DNA of 64,000 nt, taken from assembly GCF_963921235.1 (NCBI RefSeq), contig NC_086097.1, positions 144,772,001-144,836,000 on the forward strand. The letters are read 5' to 3'. This DNA is from Mobula hypostoma. Its lineage: Eukaryota. Position numbers and translations under genes: made by a program. This document shows, piece after piece, positions 50,753 to 64,000 of the stretch. Below the pieces are notes generated by a model, which worked only from the letters and a program-made list of their open reading frames with translations, did no database searches and had not been told where the DNA came from. Position 1 is the first letter of the stretch; every line of letters starts with the position of its first letter.

Positions 50753-51979
50753 TGCTAAACCATAGTGATTAAGTTAGTTCCAAGTCAAATGGTTGAAGTG
50801 AGGTAGTTGTTTTGAACTTTGAGGTTCTATACTTTCCTCCCAAAGATGGTTGTGAGAAGATGGAAATACTTACATTCAACTCATTTAGCAGTCTGCTTGA
50901 CATTTAATCTATGGGACAGTAAATCACTAGGTTGAAGTGTTGCCTCAGTTTGGATGAAAATGCCAAACTCTGGTATGGAGCTTGGGCTAGCAACTTTCTG
51001 ACTGAGAGGCAAGAGAGCTACGACTGAGCCATGGCTAACACCCGACATTCTGCTATATTTCCCAGTCCAAGTTCACAACGTCCATTATGGTAAGGCTGAT
51101 TGTCATCCATGAAGCTGCATTGACATAAGCAGAAGTGCCTGAAGGGAAGCGGGGTGAGAATTAATATAAAACACTCATAAATATAAGCTCCTTTCAAAAG
51201 AGGTTCATCCAAGACAGTGCTGAATCAACTATCCCATCTGCATCATTGGCTGACCTAACAGGGCAGCATAAGGGGAGCTCTGGATGCACATTATGAGGAA
51301 ATGACCCTGAGGGGAGCTGAACGCTTTTCATTGAAGTGAAAGAACCAATTTAAATACAAAAAAAATACTGACAGGAATTTTTGACCTATTATTAATTAGC
51401 TTTCTTAATTCCACCAGGTCTCTTGCAGTCTCGCCCGTGAGTGGCCAATTGCTCTGTGATTGGATTACATAAGTCAATTATCTAAAGATTGTACCATAAA
51501 CTGTGAGACATTAACCCTGTCACCCATCTGACACACTGCAGAAATACTAAAGTGAAGCCTCAAAAGGCAATGGCCTTTCGTAATGTTCTTTTAATTAGTT
51601 CTGAGATAGTGATAGACCATTTCCTGTTTGAGTTCACCAAACATACTGCGCCAATCTAAAGAGAAAATAGCAATAAAACCAAGTTTTTTCACTAACTTAA
51701 CTCTTTAGAGACCAAATAGACCATCATCTGGAAAACAAAACTGCTTTGCATTTATACTTCAGTTTTTCCCAACGTGCTTTATAGCCAATTGAGTTCTGAG
51801 TTCTCCTGTAATGCAGTCAGCATTGTTTCCTTCTTAGGCAGTCACTTGGAGTCAGGAAAGACCTGTTTTCACTCTGTTTTCAGGTAGCTGATGAGGCCAT
51901 TGTGAGAGCGATCATCTCTTCCACAAATCTGGAAGGAAGTGACCGCACGGAGAAAGTACAAATAGCCCAGTTACTTGTT

Positions 51980-52430
51980 GACAACTATTACATGCAAGAG
52001 TTTCCACGCTTTGGTCAAGCACAGTTCACTGAAAACCAAAGCTAGGGATCAGCACATAAGAGAGAGAAGGGGGAGAGGGCAGACAGTGCCTGTTGTAAGA
52101 ACACTTTTGAAGAACTCTTCAACTATAACTCTGGTCTTGACATGAGCACCACGGACTCCATTTCACAAAAACCTCCTTGGGCCTATCTTACTACCTCTCC
52201 AGACTGGCAAAAATTCAGGAGGGCCATATCCCGACTCAAAGACTTGGAGGCAAATGGCATCCTCACTAAACCCTAAAACTGATTCGTGAAGAGCTTCAGT
52301 CACAAATCCTCAGCTTTTTCACCCACATCTGGGAACAGGAGGGGATACCAGGGGAACTCGAGGACTGTGGCAACCAAGTCTGTCTGTGTTCTTTGCTGTC
52401 TCCCACAAAGAAAGTCATCACCAAGTTCCT
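51980..52430 (+). mobile_element. Ancient RTE-like LINE remnant
   Basis: EH-FEELFNYNSGLDMSTTDSISQK...RRAISRLK...NGILT resembles the RTE ORF2 linker. Confidence 0.5.
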
Positions 52431-53640
52431 CCTCTCTTACTTCTCCCGAAGGCCAGATAAGTGCTCCCTGAATAACAATGTCGATTCACTTGCCCCTTCA
52501 ACGTGCCATGACAATCTTTGGGTCACAGCTTCTAATGAGCACATTTCCATTTGAAATAAAGGAGGCTATTCAGCCCTCTGAATTCATACCAGCATGCAGA
52601 GCAATTCCATGTCTCCCTGTGACCTACCCTGCTCATATTCCCATCAAACCTGCTACATTTTACACTCTCCACACCACCACTCCAAGGACAACTTGCAACA
52701 GCCTACCAACCTGCATGTCCTCCGAATGTTCAAATTTCAAAGTTCATGATCAAAATACACATACTGGTATGTCAACGTATACCACCCAGAGATTCTTGCA
52801 GGCATCCACAGTAGAACAAAGAAATACGATCGGATCAGTGAAACTGTAGCTCTGAAAGAAACAAACATGGTCAGAGGACAAATATGCAAACTCCACGCAG
52901 ACAGTGCTGGAACTGGAATGGGCTGTGAATATCATGAGGCATTGGCTTTGTTAGCTGTACCACTGTGCCACTCTGTAGGCGTACATTAGATAACAGATGA
53001 TTCATTTGAAAAAAAAAATTGGTTAATTGTGCAATGTCAGCCAAGATATTGGGTGGAAAAGGGCAAACAGTACTTAAGAAACACAAATATCCGAGGTAGG
53101 GGGAAGTATAGGATGTAGATGATACTGTAACCAGGGTTTTGAAGACCCTCTGGTTTATGAAGGATTATTTAGGATGGCTGGGGAGGGATTTATTTAAGTA
53201 GCCATATGCAGTTGTAAGATTAAAGTGCACAGATGAAGCTTTCAGCAGCAGATGAGCTAAGCTAGGTGATGTTACAAAGTTTGGAAATAGGTCGTCCTAG
53301 TTTTTAGCAATGGCATGGATGTGAAGTCTGTAGGTTTTTCTCAGGATTCAGACATAACACCAAGGGTACGAGTATTTTGGCTCAGTTTCAGACAAATACT
53401 TAGGAAAGGAATTGATCAGTGGACAAGGAGCAGAGAACAGGAACCATCCTGAAGCCGATTATTTGAAAAGTATCATGTATCATGAGATCTTTCACGACAA
53501 TTTGTGAGAATGGAATTTCCCTCAGTTTAATGTAGCATCCGAAAGTCTGTTATCTCCAACCTTGAAGCAATGCTCACTCAGCAGTCCACCAAGCAGTCAT
53601 CACAAAAATAAATTCCGTTGTAGGATCTGGACACCATTAT

Positions 53641-55144
53641 CAAAACTCGTTAGATTCTGGACTAGTTCCTGAGGATTGGAGGGTGGCTAATGTAACCCCA
53701 CTTTTTAAAAAAGGAGGGAGAGAGAAACCAGGGAATTATAGACCGGTTAGCCTAACGTCGGTGGTGGGGAAACTGCTGGAGTCAGTTATCAAGGATGTGA
53801 TAACAGCACATTTGGAAAGCGGTGAAATGATCGGACAAAGTCAGCATGGATTTGTGAAAGGAAAATCATGTCTGACGAATCTCATAGAATTTTTTGAGGA
53901 TGTAACTAGTAGAGTGGATAGGGGAGAACCAGTGGATGTGGTATATTTGGATTTTCAAAAGGCTTTTGACAAGGTCCCACACAGGAGATTAGTGTGCAAA
54001 CTTAAAGCACACGGTATTGGGGGTAAGGTATTGGTGTGGGTGGAGAATTGGTTAGCAGACAGGAAGCAAAGAGTGGGAATAAACGAGACCTTTTCAGAAT
54101 GGCAGGCGGTGACTAGTGGGGTACCGCAAGGCTCAGTGCTGGGACCCCAGTTGTTTACAATATATATTAATGACTTGGATGAGGGAATTAAATGCAGCAT
54201 CTCCAAGTTTGCGGATGACACGAAGCTAGGTGGCAGTGTTAGCAGTGAGGAGGATGCTAAGAGGATGCAGGGTGACTTGAATAGGTTGGGTGAGTGGGCA
54301 AACTCATGGCAGATGCAATTTAATGTGGATAAATGTGAAGTTATCCACTTTGGTGGCAAAAATAGGAAAACAGATTATTATCTGAATGGTGGCCGATTAG
54401 GAAAAGGGGAGGTGCAACGAGACCTGGGTGTCATTGTACACCAGTCATTGAAAGTGGGCATGCAGGTACAGCAGGCGGTGAAAAAGGCGAATGGTATGCT
54501 GGCATTTATAGCGAGAGGATTCGAGTACAGGAGCAGGGAGGTACTACTGCAGTTGTACAAGGCCTTGGTGAGACCACACCTGGAGTATTGTGTGCAGTTT
54601 TGGTCCCCTAATCTGAGGAAAGACATCTTTGCCATAGAGGGAGTACAAAGAAGGTTCACCAGATAGATTCCTGGGATGGCAGGACTTTCATATGAAGAAA
54701 GACTGGATGAACTGGGCTTGTACTCGTTGGAATTTAGAAGATTGAGGGGGGATCTGATTGAAACGTATAAGATCCTAAAGGGATTGGACAGGCTAGATGC
54801 AGGAAGATTGTTCCCGATGTTGGGGAAGTCCAGAACGAGGGGTCACAGTTTGAGGATAGAGGGGAAGCCTTTTAGGACCGAGATTAGGAAAAACTTCTTC
54901 ACACAGAGAGTGGTGAATCTGTGGAATTCTCTGCCACAGCAAACTGTTGAGGCCAGTTCATTGGCTATGTTTAAGAGGGAGTTAGATATGGCCCTTGTGG
55001 CTACGGGGGTCAGGGGGTATGGAGGGAAGGCTGGGGCGGGGTTCTGAGTTGGATGATCAGCCATGATCATAATAAATGGCGGTGCAGGCTCGAAGGGCCG
55101 AATGGCCTACTCCTGCACCTATTTTCTATGTTTCTATGTTTCTA
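53641..55144 (+). mobile_element. Young 5'-truncated CR1 LINE (second subfamily)
   Basis: VPEDWRVANVTPLFKKG...YLDFQKAFDKVP...GVPQGSVLGP...KFADDTK; one stop at 54664-54666; (tttctatg)n tail. Confidence 0.95.
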
Positions 55145-57194
55145 TAATGGTCATCATTGATTGTCCAGTTATGTTTTCCCTCTGGAATTAGTGGCTAGTC
55201 AGGCCATTAATTAGTTAATTACATTGGTTGGTCTGCATCCCTTCATCTAGAAAGAGCCTTCAGTCCCCAGCCTCTGACTGAGAGGCATGCATGCCAAAGC
55301 AGATCTCATAGTAGAAGGTACTAGACATAATAAGAAGATCAAAGTAAAAAGTAAAGCAAAAAAAACAGACAATAGGCTTTAAATCTGAAATGTAAAATAC
55401 AAGCAGAAAATACTGGAAATACTCATCAGGGCAGGACACATCTATGGGAAGTGATGTGGCCTGACCTTCTGAATATTTCCAGCAATTTCTCTTTTTATTG
55501 AACAGACAACGAATATGGTCTCTGAGATGTTGCAGAGAGAACGTCAGAGAAAATCCTAAAAAGCATTTTTTTGAGTTCTAAGGAAAGGTTAAGGAAATTG
55601 ATCTGAAGATAAATTAAGAAAAGCTAATTAAGACTAGGGTTAAAACAGACAAAGTGAATTCAGGAAAACATATTTCAGTTGTTCAAGAAGATAAAACTGA
55701 GGATATGAATTGCAGGAAGGTGAAATTTAGAAGGGTGGTCAAGTAAGAGCTTCGATATGACAGAACTATGTGTCTAAGCAATGTATTCGAAAAATAAATG
55801 GTACCTCTGGATGCTTGTAGAAGAAAAGATGGAATAGGAAAGTAAGCAGTTGGTGTTGAGCAATAAAAATTGGATGGGCTGATTGGATTTCTAGCCTTTT
55901 CCTATTCTTAAAATAAATTATGCTGTTATTGAGAGCCAACTCAGTTTGTATTGGCTGACCAATTTTTCACCTTTCTAATCCTAGAAGGAGCATCCAATTC
56001 TTAAACCTGTCAAGGTTTGGTTAAAAATGTGAATAGCATTCCACAACATCTTAGCCTGAAAACAACTCAGCCTTCTCATTTGTTACAACAGATTATGATT
56101 TCATTTTCTATTACTGTGGAAGCCCACCAGTCTCAAGAAAAGTCTCAGGGATGTATTTGTTGACATGTCACATTCACACTAGCCTAAGGTGCATCATTAA
56201 AAAAAAATAACCTGATACCTAACTTCAGTTTCACTCTCAAACTTGTTAACAAGATATCTCATTAGACGGGAACATTTGCCTGCAATTGAATCTCATAAGT
56301 TGTTTCCTTGATGTTTCTGAAGAAAAGCCAGATCACCAATCACACTAATGGTGATGATCGCTGGGTCTCGCTGGGTTTTTTACTGAACGCTGCTGTGGGA
56401 GCACACTCATGGGATTTGACCCAAAATAATATATTATGCCAAGACCACTTTTGCTCTGCAGACAAATGTTTAAAAAAATCCAGAGTGGAATTTTAATATC
56501 TACTATTCACCCCTTCACACAAAATGGATCTGTTACCATTGTGTTGTAGGGCCTTGCTGTGTGAAGATTAACTGCAATGCTACTTATTTTGAAATAAATG
56601 TTTGAAGGTTACTTCATTGGCTCTTTGGGATGTGCTGGAGTCGGAAAAGGACTATAAAATCCAGTTCTTCCTATATCTGAAGATGTTTATCTGGCCATTT
56701 ATTTCAACCCTGGGATATCGCAAATTAGCTGCAAACTTTTCTTACAGTAGCTGGCCAACGATGCAGTGAAGCCAACTGGCCAAATGATTACTGGCCTTTT
56801 TTTTGATGGGGCTGAGACCTATCATTAGTCTTGACTGAAGGTGAAGAGCCAAAAGTGAACCATATGTGCCACCCAAATTACCCTGATAACCTGGTAACAA
56901 CTTCTGCTATCAAAGACCCTTTCAACAATTTCTAAATTATCACAGGTAAAAGAAATTGAGATGGATTTAAATTCTTTATAGCTATACTACAAATATTTTA
57001 ATGAATTAGAGATAATTTTATTTAAAACCATATTAATTAAGACCAATTAATTAAAAACATTAAAATTAATTAAAATGAACAAACCACTTATCTTGACTTG
57101 TTTTCCATCCAAATTAACAACTCCATTCAAAGGAATGGAATTCCGGTCACCACACGAGCCCTGACCAGTGCAAAACTGTAGAATTAGGGGGAAT

Positions 57195-57570
57195 GAACTG
57201 TATGCTGCGCAGTTTATAGAGCTGATGCATCATTGCTCCAATAATTTGGGTTCAGTTCTGACCTCCGATGTTTCTTGTGTAGAGCTTACACATTCTCTCG
57301 GTGGCTGCATCGTTTCTCCCACATGCTTCAGTTTTCTCCCACAGCCCAGAAATGTGCATGTTCCTTGGTTAGTTACTGAAATCTGGAGCAACAAGCAGAA
57401 TGCTGAAGGAAGTCAATGGGTCAGGCAGCTGCTGTGGAAGGGAATGAACAGTTGATGTTCCAGGCTGAGATCCTTCATCAGGATGGCAACTTGTTTGTAA
57501 ACTGCCTGTAGTACATAGGTGAGTGGTGAATCTGGTGAAAGGGAATAGGAGTGAGGGGAACATGGGTCGC
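57195..57570 (+). mobile_element. Old V-SINE interrupted by a Penelope terminal fragment (about 57372-57485, minus)
   Basis: V-domain homology; the insert contains CTGATGAAGG...ctGGAAcatc on the minus strand. Confidence 0.55.
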
Positions 57571-58612
57571 AGGGGGTGAAAACTCAGTTGTCACCAATTC
57601 AATGGGTTGAAATTACTTCCTTTCCCCACCATATCTTGCTCCCTAGCTAAGCACATCTGAGCACTGCCAAGTCCAGTAACAGAGTATTAAATATGAAACC
57701 AGATAAGTTGCCATCTGACCACCAGAGAGTCCTATTCTTACACACAGCTGTGCAGTGCTATAAATGGGTGGTTCTAGAGAAAAACGCAAGCTGACTAGGA
57801 CATGATCTAGGCCATTAGCAATGCCACCAGAATACTTCCCAAGCTATTTCAGACATCTTAAACTAATTTTACTTTTCACTTCCTCTCCTTCCTCACGTCT
57901 CCATGGAAAATCCTTTGACACTGTTACCCAGCAACATATACAGTGGTGCAAGTTGCTGCCACTAACTGCTGATAAAGAGTTATTTGTTGATGGGAGTGGT
58001 AGAGTTCAAATCAGTCTTCGTTTTGTTTCCCATTAAAAATCTGGTCTGAAAGGTTCAACGTGAGGGGAACAGCAGGGAAGCAAAAAGTGGCAAAGGATGC
58101 ACTTCTTCAATGATGAATGGAAAGTTGAATTGAATCCACAACCAGGCATACAAAACCTGTAAACATAAAAAAGTCTGCAGATGCTAGAAATCCAAAGCAA
58201 CACACACAAAATGATGGAGGAACAGCATCAGGTCAGGAAAAAATAAACAGTTGACATTTTGGGCTGAGACCCTTCTTCAGGACCTGTATAAAGCCTGTAT
58301 CACCCACCATCCAGTTATGAATTACTGAATGAAAAAGTCAAATAATGTGGCTTTTTCTTTTCTCAAATAAGAATACAAAATCATAACCAATCCAGTGTGC
58401 AGGGTGCAGACACAGGTACTGAACCTGGTTAAAGGTAGACAGGAAAAATACACTAAATTAAAAAAAGCAGAAAATGCTGTTTTGACTGGACACATTCACC
58501 AAAAGTGACTCAGAATAGTTATGTTTTTCAATCAGAATGAAAGTTCTGGAAATATTCAGCAAGTTAGCCAGCAACTATGGAAAGAGGGGCAGAGAAAGAA
58601 TATTTTGTCCAA

Positions 58613-58985
58613 TGAGGATGAGAGGTGACCTGATAGAGGTGTATAAGATGATGAGAGGCATTGATCGTGTGGATAGTCAGAGGCTTTTTCCCAGGCTAAC
58701 ATGGCTAACATGAGAGGGCACAGTTTTAAGGTGCTTAGAAGTAGATACAAAGGAAATGTTAGGGGTAGATTTTTTACCCAGAGAGTGGTGAGTGCATGGA
58801 ATGGGCTGCCGACGACTGTGGTAGAGGTGGATATGATAGGGTCTTGTAAGAGTCTCCTGGATAGGTACATACAGCTTAGAAAAATAGAGGTCTATGGGTT
58901 ACTCTAGGTAATTTCTAAAGTAAGTGCATGTTCGACACAGCATTGTGGGCCAAAGGGCCTGTATTGTGCTGTAGGTTTTCTAATA
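58613..58985 (+). mobile_element. CR1 3' fragment, same subfamily as 39190-40350
   Basis: RMRGDLIEVYKMMRGIDRVDSQRLFPR... Confidence 0.9.
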
Positions 58986-59524
58986 GCCTAATTCTATGAA
59001 TCTCTTCATAGAACCTGTCAGACTTGATTCCAGCATCTGCCTTTAGAATTATGTTTGGTTCGTGAAGAATCTCTGCACCAGTCTAGGAAGAGGGAACAAT
59101 ACTGAGGTTGGTGCCACTTGCTGATCCCAGGAGAAAAACTGTATGCCACTGTTGCGTATAGATGATCCTGGTCTCCAATGTGACTGTTGAATGGTAGAAT
59201 GAGTTTCTGCATAATCATTATTCACTTCACATTGACAGTGCTTCACATTAATGGTCTCATCTCTGAATCAGAAGTTTACTTCCTCCGGTCCCAGTGCAGT
59301 GAAGCACTTACAAAACAATGCAGCAATTCAAAATCTGTTAGGTGACATTATAAAACCAAGATACATTCCAGCTCTGCCAACAATCATATGAAAATGGCAT
59401 TGAAATGTTTTGAAGTGAAAGTGAGTCTCCAGTTATTCTAGATTATATTTATGCCCCAGTTACTATAATCAACAAATTGTAATGTGTCTGATTTTTATTT
59501 GTGATAACTAGTTAGGGTTTACTT

Positions 59525-59810
59525 CACACAAAATGCTGGAGGAACTCTGCAGATCAGGCAGCATCTATGGAAATGAATAAACAGGCGGTGTTTTGGGCCT
59601 TTTCAGGTCTGAAAGGAAAGGGGAAGAGAACAGAATAAAAAGGTGTGGGGAGGGGAGGAGGGTTAGCAAGAAGGTGATAGAGGTGAAGCCAGCCAACAGC
59701 TGGAGAAGGAGGAATCTGATAGGAGAAGAGAGTGGGCCATAGGAGAAAGGGAAGGAGGGGCATCAGGGGGATTGATGGGCAGGTGAAGAGAAGAGGTAAA
59801 AGGCTACAGT
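59525..59810 (-). mobile_element. Penelope terminal/UTR fragment
   Basis: cacacaaaatgctggaggaactc...ggcagcatctatgg followed by a purine-rich tract on +. Confidence 0.7.
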
Positions 59811-60589
59811 AGGGAAAAAGTACATTGAGAGCCTCCCTGTGCTTTCCTACAATCATTTTAAGATTATGCCCCCTTGTATTACCTATTTCTATCTTGGGAA
59901 GTCCACGCGATCTTTGCTTCTTACCCTCTTGTACACCTTTATCAAGTCACCTCTCATCGTCTTTCACTCCATCCTCTCTCCATATTTAGTCATTCTCTCT
60001 GTAGGATGGTTACTCTGTTTTTCTCTAAAAATCAACTATTCTTTAAGTATGCTTAATTGACTTTTAATATTCATAGATGTACATTAGCCCAATCATTGAA
60101 GGAATTATATGTGATTCTTAATAATCCATTTAAATTTGTCAACAAGAGGGTGTTGCAGTTTAATATCTCATCTGGAGGATAGTTCCTCCAACAATGAAGC
60201 ATTCCAACAGTCCTGATGGAGTCAATGTTCACGACTCCTTTTGTGAACCACAAGTGGATCCTAGCCTGAAGAACTATCACATAAACCAAATTGACATAAT
60301 AACCAGATACTGTATATCACTGAACTTCATTATTTTGGTATTCAGTTATTCAATTGTTGCTCTCATACCTTCTCAAAAAGTTTCAGAGCCTGTGAGGTTT
60401 GTCATAATGGATACTTGGACTGATTCTTGAGTGGTGAACCTTCCTATTATCCAAAATGAAAAGGTAAAGAATTGAAGTACATTTATGTAATGAGACTTAC
60501 ATTACCAACAAGAAATGATGTAAATGATCAGTAAGAGAACGAGCAAGAAAAGAACTAATTTGGCTGCGAAGGGTCATGAGATATAAGTT

Positions 60590-61955
60590 AATCTTTTTTT
60601 AGTGTCATGTGTACTGAGTGACATTGAAAAACTTCTCTTGTGTACTGTTCATACAGATCAATTTATTAACGGTGAACTGAGGTAGTACAAGGTGAAACAA
60701 TAACAGAGTGCAGAAGAAATGTTGCAGCAAAAGAGAAAGTGCATTGCAAGTAGACAATTAAGTACAAGGTCACAATGAAGAGATTGTGAGGTCAAGTGTC
60801 CATCTTATCATACGCGGGAACTGTTCAATGGGATTGTATAACAATCCCATTGGGATAAAATCTGACCTTGAGCCTGGTGACATGTGCTTTTAGGCTATTG
60901 TATCTCCTGCCCAATGGGATAGGAGAGAAGAAAGAATGGCCAAGGTGGATGGGGTCTTTGCTTATGCTGGCTCCTTTACAGAGGCAACGAGAAGTGTACA
61001 CAATCAGTGGAGGGAGAGGCTAGTCTCCATGATGTGCTGAGCTGTGTTCACAACACTTTGTAGTTTCTTGCAGCCTCAGGCAGAGCAGTTGCCATACCAA
61101 GCCACGGTGCACCCAGATAAGATGCTTTCTTTGTTGCATCAATAAAAATTGGTGAGGATCAAAGTAGATATGATAAATTTCTTTAGCCTCCAGAGGAAGT
61201 GGACGTGCTGTTGAGCTTTCTTGGCTGTGGCATCAATGTGGTGGAACCAGGATAGGCTATTGGTAATGCTTACTCCTAGAAACTTGAATCTTTCAACCCA
61301 CTTGACTGCAGCACCAATGATGTAAGCAGGACCAAATGCACTGGCCTCCTACTTGAAGTCAATGACCAGTGCTTTTGTTTTACTGTCACTGAGGAAAAGG
61401 TTGTTGTCATGACACGATATCACCAGGCTCTCTAAGTTCTTCCACACTCTTACGCATCATTATTTGTGATAGGGCGCACAGCACAGGTATAATTTGCTAA
61501 CTTATAGATAAAGTTAGAGCAGAATCTGGCCATGCAGTTGTGAATGTACCATTGCTGAGAATGGCAGGGGTGTTGCTGCCTATCCTTATTGACTATGCTT
61601 TCTGTTGATCAGGAAATCAAGGCACAAGTTGCAAAGGAAGGTATTGACTCCCAGGTCTATGAGCTTGGAGATGAGCTTGCTGGGAACTCTAATACTGAAG
61701 GCCAAACTTCAATCGATAGAAAATAGCCTACGTAGGTGTGTCTTTACTCTCCAGAATCTCCTGAAATTCTGGAAGACTTGCTGTAGACTTGGTCTTGCTG
61801 TGGGTTGAGTTTGTCAAGGAGGCTGGAGTGAATGGGTGCAATGGCCAACGTCTCTAAGCACTTCATGATGGTAGGTGACAGAGCCACCAGGCAGTAGTCA
61901 TTAAGGCATGTTACCTTGTTTTCTCAGGTCAAGGAATGATAGTGATCTTCTTAAA
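60590..61955 (-). mobile_element. Rex1/Babar-like LINE 3' part
   Basis: Homologous to 10650-11530 and 40400-41200; IDFSLQY, LCNW remnants. Confidence 0.8.
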
Positions 61956-63039
61956 GCAGATGTGAAAGGTGTGACGAAAATGTCTGAGCCTTCAGAAGGA
62001 ACTTCCAAAAAACGGAGTAAGATAAATAAACTACTTTTGGATCCGATTTGATTTCATAAAAGCAAAATTTATCTGAAAGTTTGTTCTGTTGAATACCATT
62101 CAATAACCTTTCACCCTGGAACATCTTAAACTTCCATTCTGAGGCAATCATCATGTTATCTCCAAATTTACACATTGTCCAGCTATCTGGAGAGCAGGAG
62201 TCAAACAGATTTTCCATTGTAATTAATGTTTTTGGTAGAGTAGACCACATTTTTATTACCATCTACCTGTTATTTGGCCAATAAGCATAAAATCCTACTC
62301 TTTTTATGGTGAGAAGCCATTTCAGTGTATTTTATGCATGTCTTTAAAGTTTTCCAGATCCTCTTTGTTTTGGTTCTCCCATAAGATCAAGCTATTAAAC
62401 AATAAAATAGCTCTCAAAATGAATCAACACTAAGGAAACCCCTTCTATTCCCAATAGCTGCAGAGCCAATCAAGCTTTACACTGGCTACAGGCCAATTAA
62501 TTCAGATCACTGTCTCGCAACATCATCTCAGACAAAAGAAAGTGTAATTATTATCAGGAAGAGACACAATTTTTTGATTAAAACCAGACTACATTGGCCA
62601 TTGATTTCATCCTCCCTCTTCTCTTCTTAGCCCAATGACTGTATCAATCCAGAAGTAGAGATAGCCTTTACTTTTGTAATATACCAGAGTGGAAAACGTA
62701 GTCTACAGCTACACATAAACAGTATTTCCAAAGAATTTTCTGCAGGATAATGCTGGCAAAAGTGAAATTGGTCTAAGGAAGATCTCAGTCACAGAGACTG
62801 TGAGTTCTAATGCCAGCTTCATGAGGTTAATTTGCACCAACCTGAACCTTCCTGGACTGACCTTTGACTGTTAGAGTGGCCCAGCTTTGGGCTCAACAGG
62901 CTTAGCCAAGAATAAGATTGGGCAATCACAAATGGAGGTTCTAAATAAGTAAGAAAGTTCCTAGTAAGCAACACACACAAAAAATGCTGGTGAACACTGC
63001 AGGCCAGGCAGCATCTATAGGAAGAGGTACAGTCCACAG

Positions 63040-64000
63040 GTCCTAGAAAGTTTTATTTTTCTGTAGTACATAGCTAATGCACTGAAAATGGATCTGGAAG
63101 TAGTGGTATGTTCCTTGTATGAGATGTGGGAAATTTGGGAGACCTCCAGTCTCCATGATAACTACATCTCCACAAAGTGCATTGAGCTGCAGCTCCTTAG
63201 AGACTACGTTAAGTAACTGGAGCTGCAGCTTGATGACTTTCAGCTCATATGGGAAAATGGGGATGTGAAAGATAAGAGCTGCAGGGAGGTAGATAGCCCA
63301 AAGCTGCAGGAGGCAGGTCCTTGGGGGACTGTCAGGAGAGGTAAAGGGAACAGGCAGATAGAGCAGAGTAGCTCTGTGGCCGTTCCACTCAATAGTAAGT
63401 ACACTGCTTTGGATACTGTTGGGGGCAATACCCTGCCGGGGGAAGTACAGCAACAGGGTGTCTGGCACTGACTGGTTCTGTGGTTCAGAAGGGAAGGGGT
63501 GGGGAGAAAAGGGGAGCAGTAGAGTAGGGGATTCCATAATTAGAGGAACAGAAAGCAAATTCTGTGGATGTGGAAGAGACACCGGGACGGTATGTTGTCC
63601 CAGGTGTCAGGGTCAGGTCTACATCATTCTAAAGTAGGAATGTGAACAGCTGGAAGTCCTGGTACATACTGGTACCAACGAATAGGTAGGAAAAGGGAGG
63701 AGGCCCTAAGAGAGAATATAGGGAGTTAGGCAGAAAGCTGAAAAGCAGAATTTCAGGGCAGTAATCTCTGGATTGCTGCCTGTGCTATGTGCCAGTGAGG
63801 GTAAGAATAGGATCATTTTGGTGTTATGTAATGACCCAGATTTGATTAGGAAGCTGAAGGCAATGGCACCCTCAGGAGACAGTGATCATAATATGATAGA
63901 ATTCACCCTGCGGTTTGAGAAGGAGAAGGTAAAATCAGATGAATCAGTATTACAGTGGAGTAAAGGGAATTACAGAGGCATGAGAGAGGAGTTGGCCAAA
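63040..64000 (+). mobile_element. CR1 5' region: decayed ORF1 (zinc finger/leucine zipper, SGNH esterase) joined by deletion to the ORF2 endonuclease C-terminus
   Basis: VVCSLYEMWE, CIELQLLRDYV, VPLNSKYTALDTV, VGDSIIRG, VHTGTN; jump at about 63815 to VLCNDPDLIR...SDHNMIEF. Confidence 0.85.

Overview
Repeat-dense vertebrate non-genic DNA (large intron or gene desert). The repeat set (CR1 LINEs with (TTCTATG)n-type tails, Rex1/Babar LINEs, V-SINEs, SacSINE1-like Deu-SINEs, Penelope elements) points by inference to a cartilaginous fish, probably a ray. I found no convincing host coding exon: every recognisable ORF is transposon-derived. Highlights: (1) a young, GC/CpG-rich, nearly intact CsRn1-clade Gypsy LTR element (minus strand, 1-4152) with tRNA-Trp PBS, CHCC Gag knuckle, a G-GGA-AAC slippery site plus 12-bp hairpin (predicted -1 frameshift) and about 700 open pol codons missed by the ORF track; (2) TSD-flanked, asymmetric palindromic mini-Penelope insertions (perfect 115-bp arms in the youngest) with minimal hammerhead ribozyme motifs and a one-sided ~37-nt tail, plus an older subfamily with a variant hammerhead core; (3) a HERO-like RLE retroelement, a decayed chromodomain Gypsy, Tigger and Tc1 deletion derivatives, a TSD-flanked CORE-like tRNA SINE and a probable Harbinger fossil; (4) tandem repeats and several TE-free TAAT-rich islands that may be conserved enhancers. 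Family names come from motif recognition, not database searches. Boundaries of old repeats are approximate.
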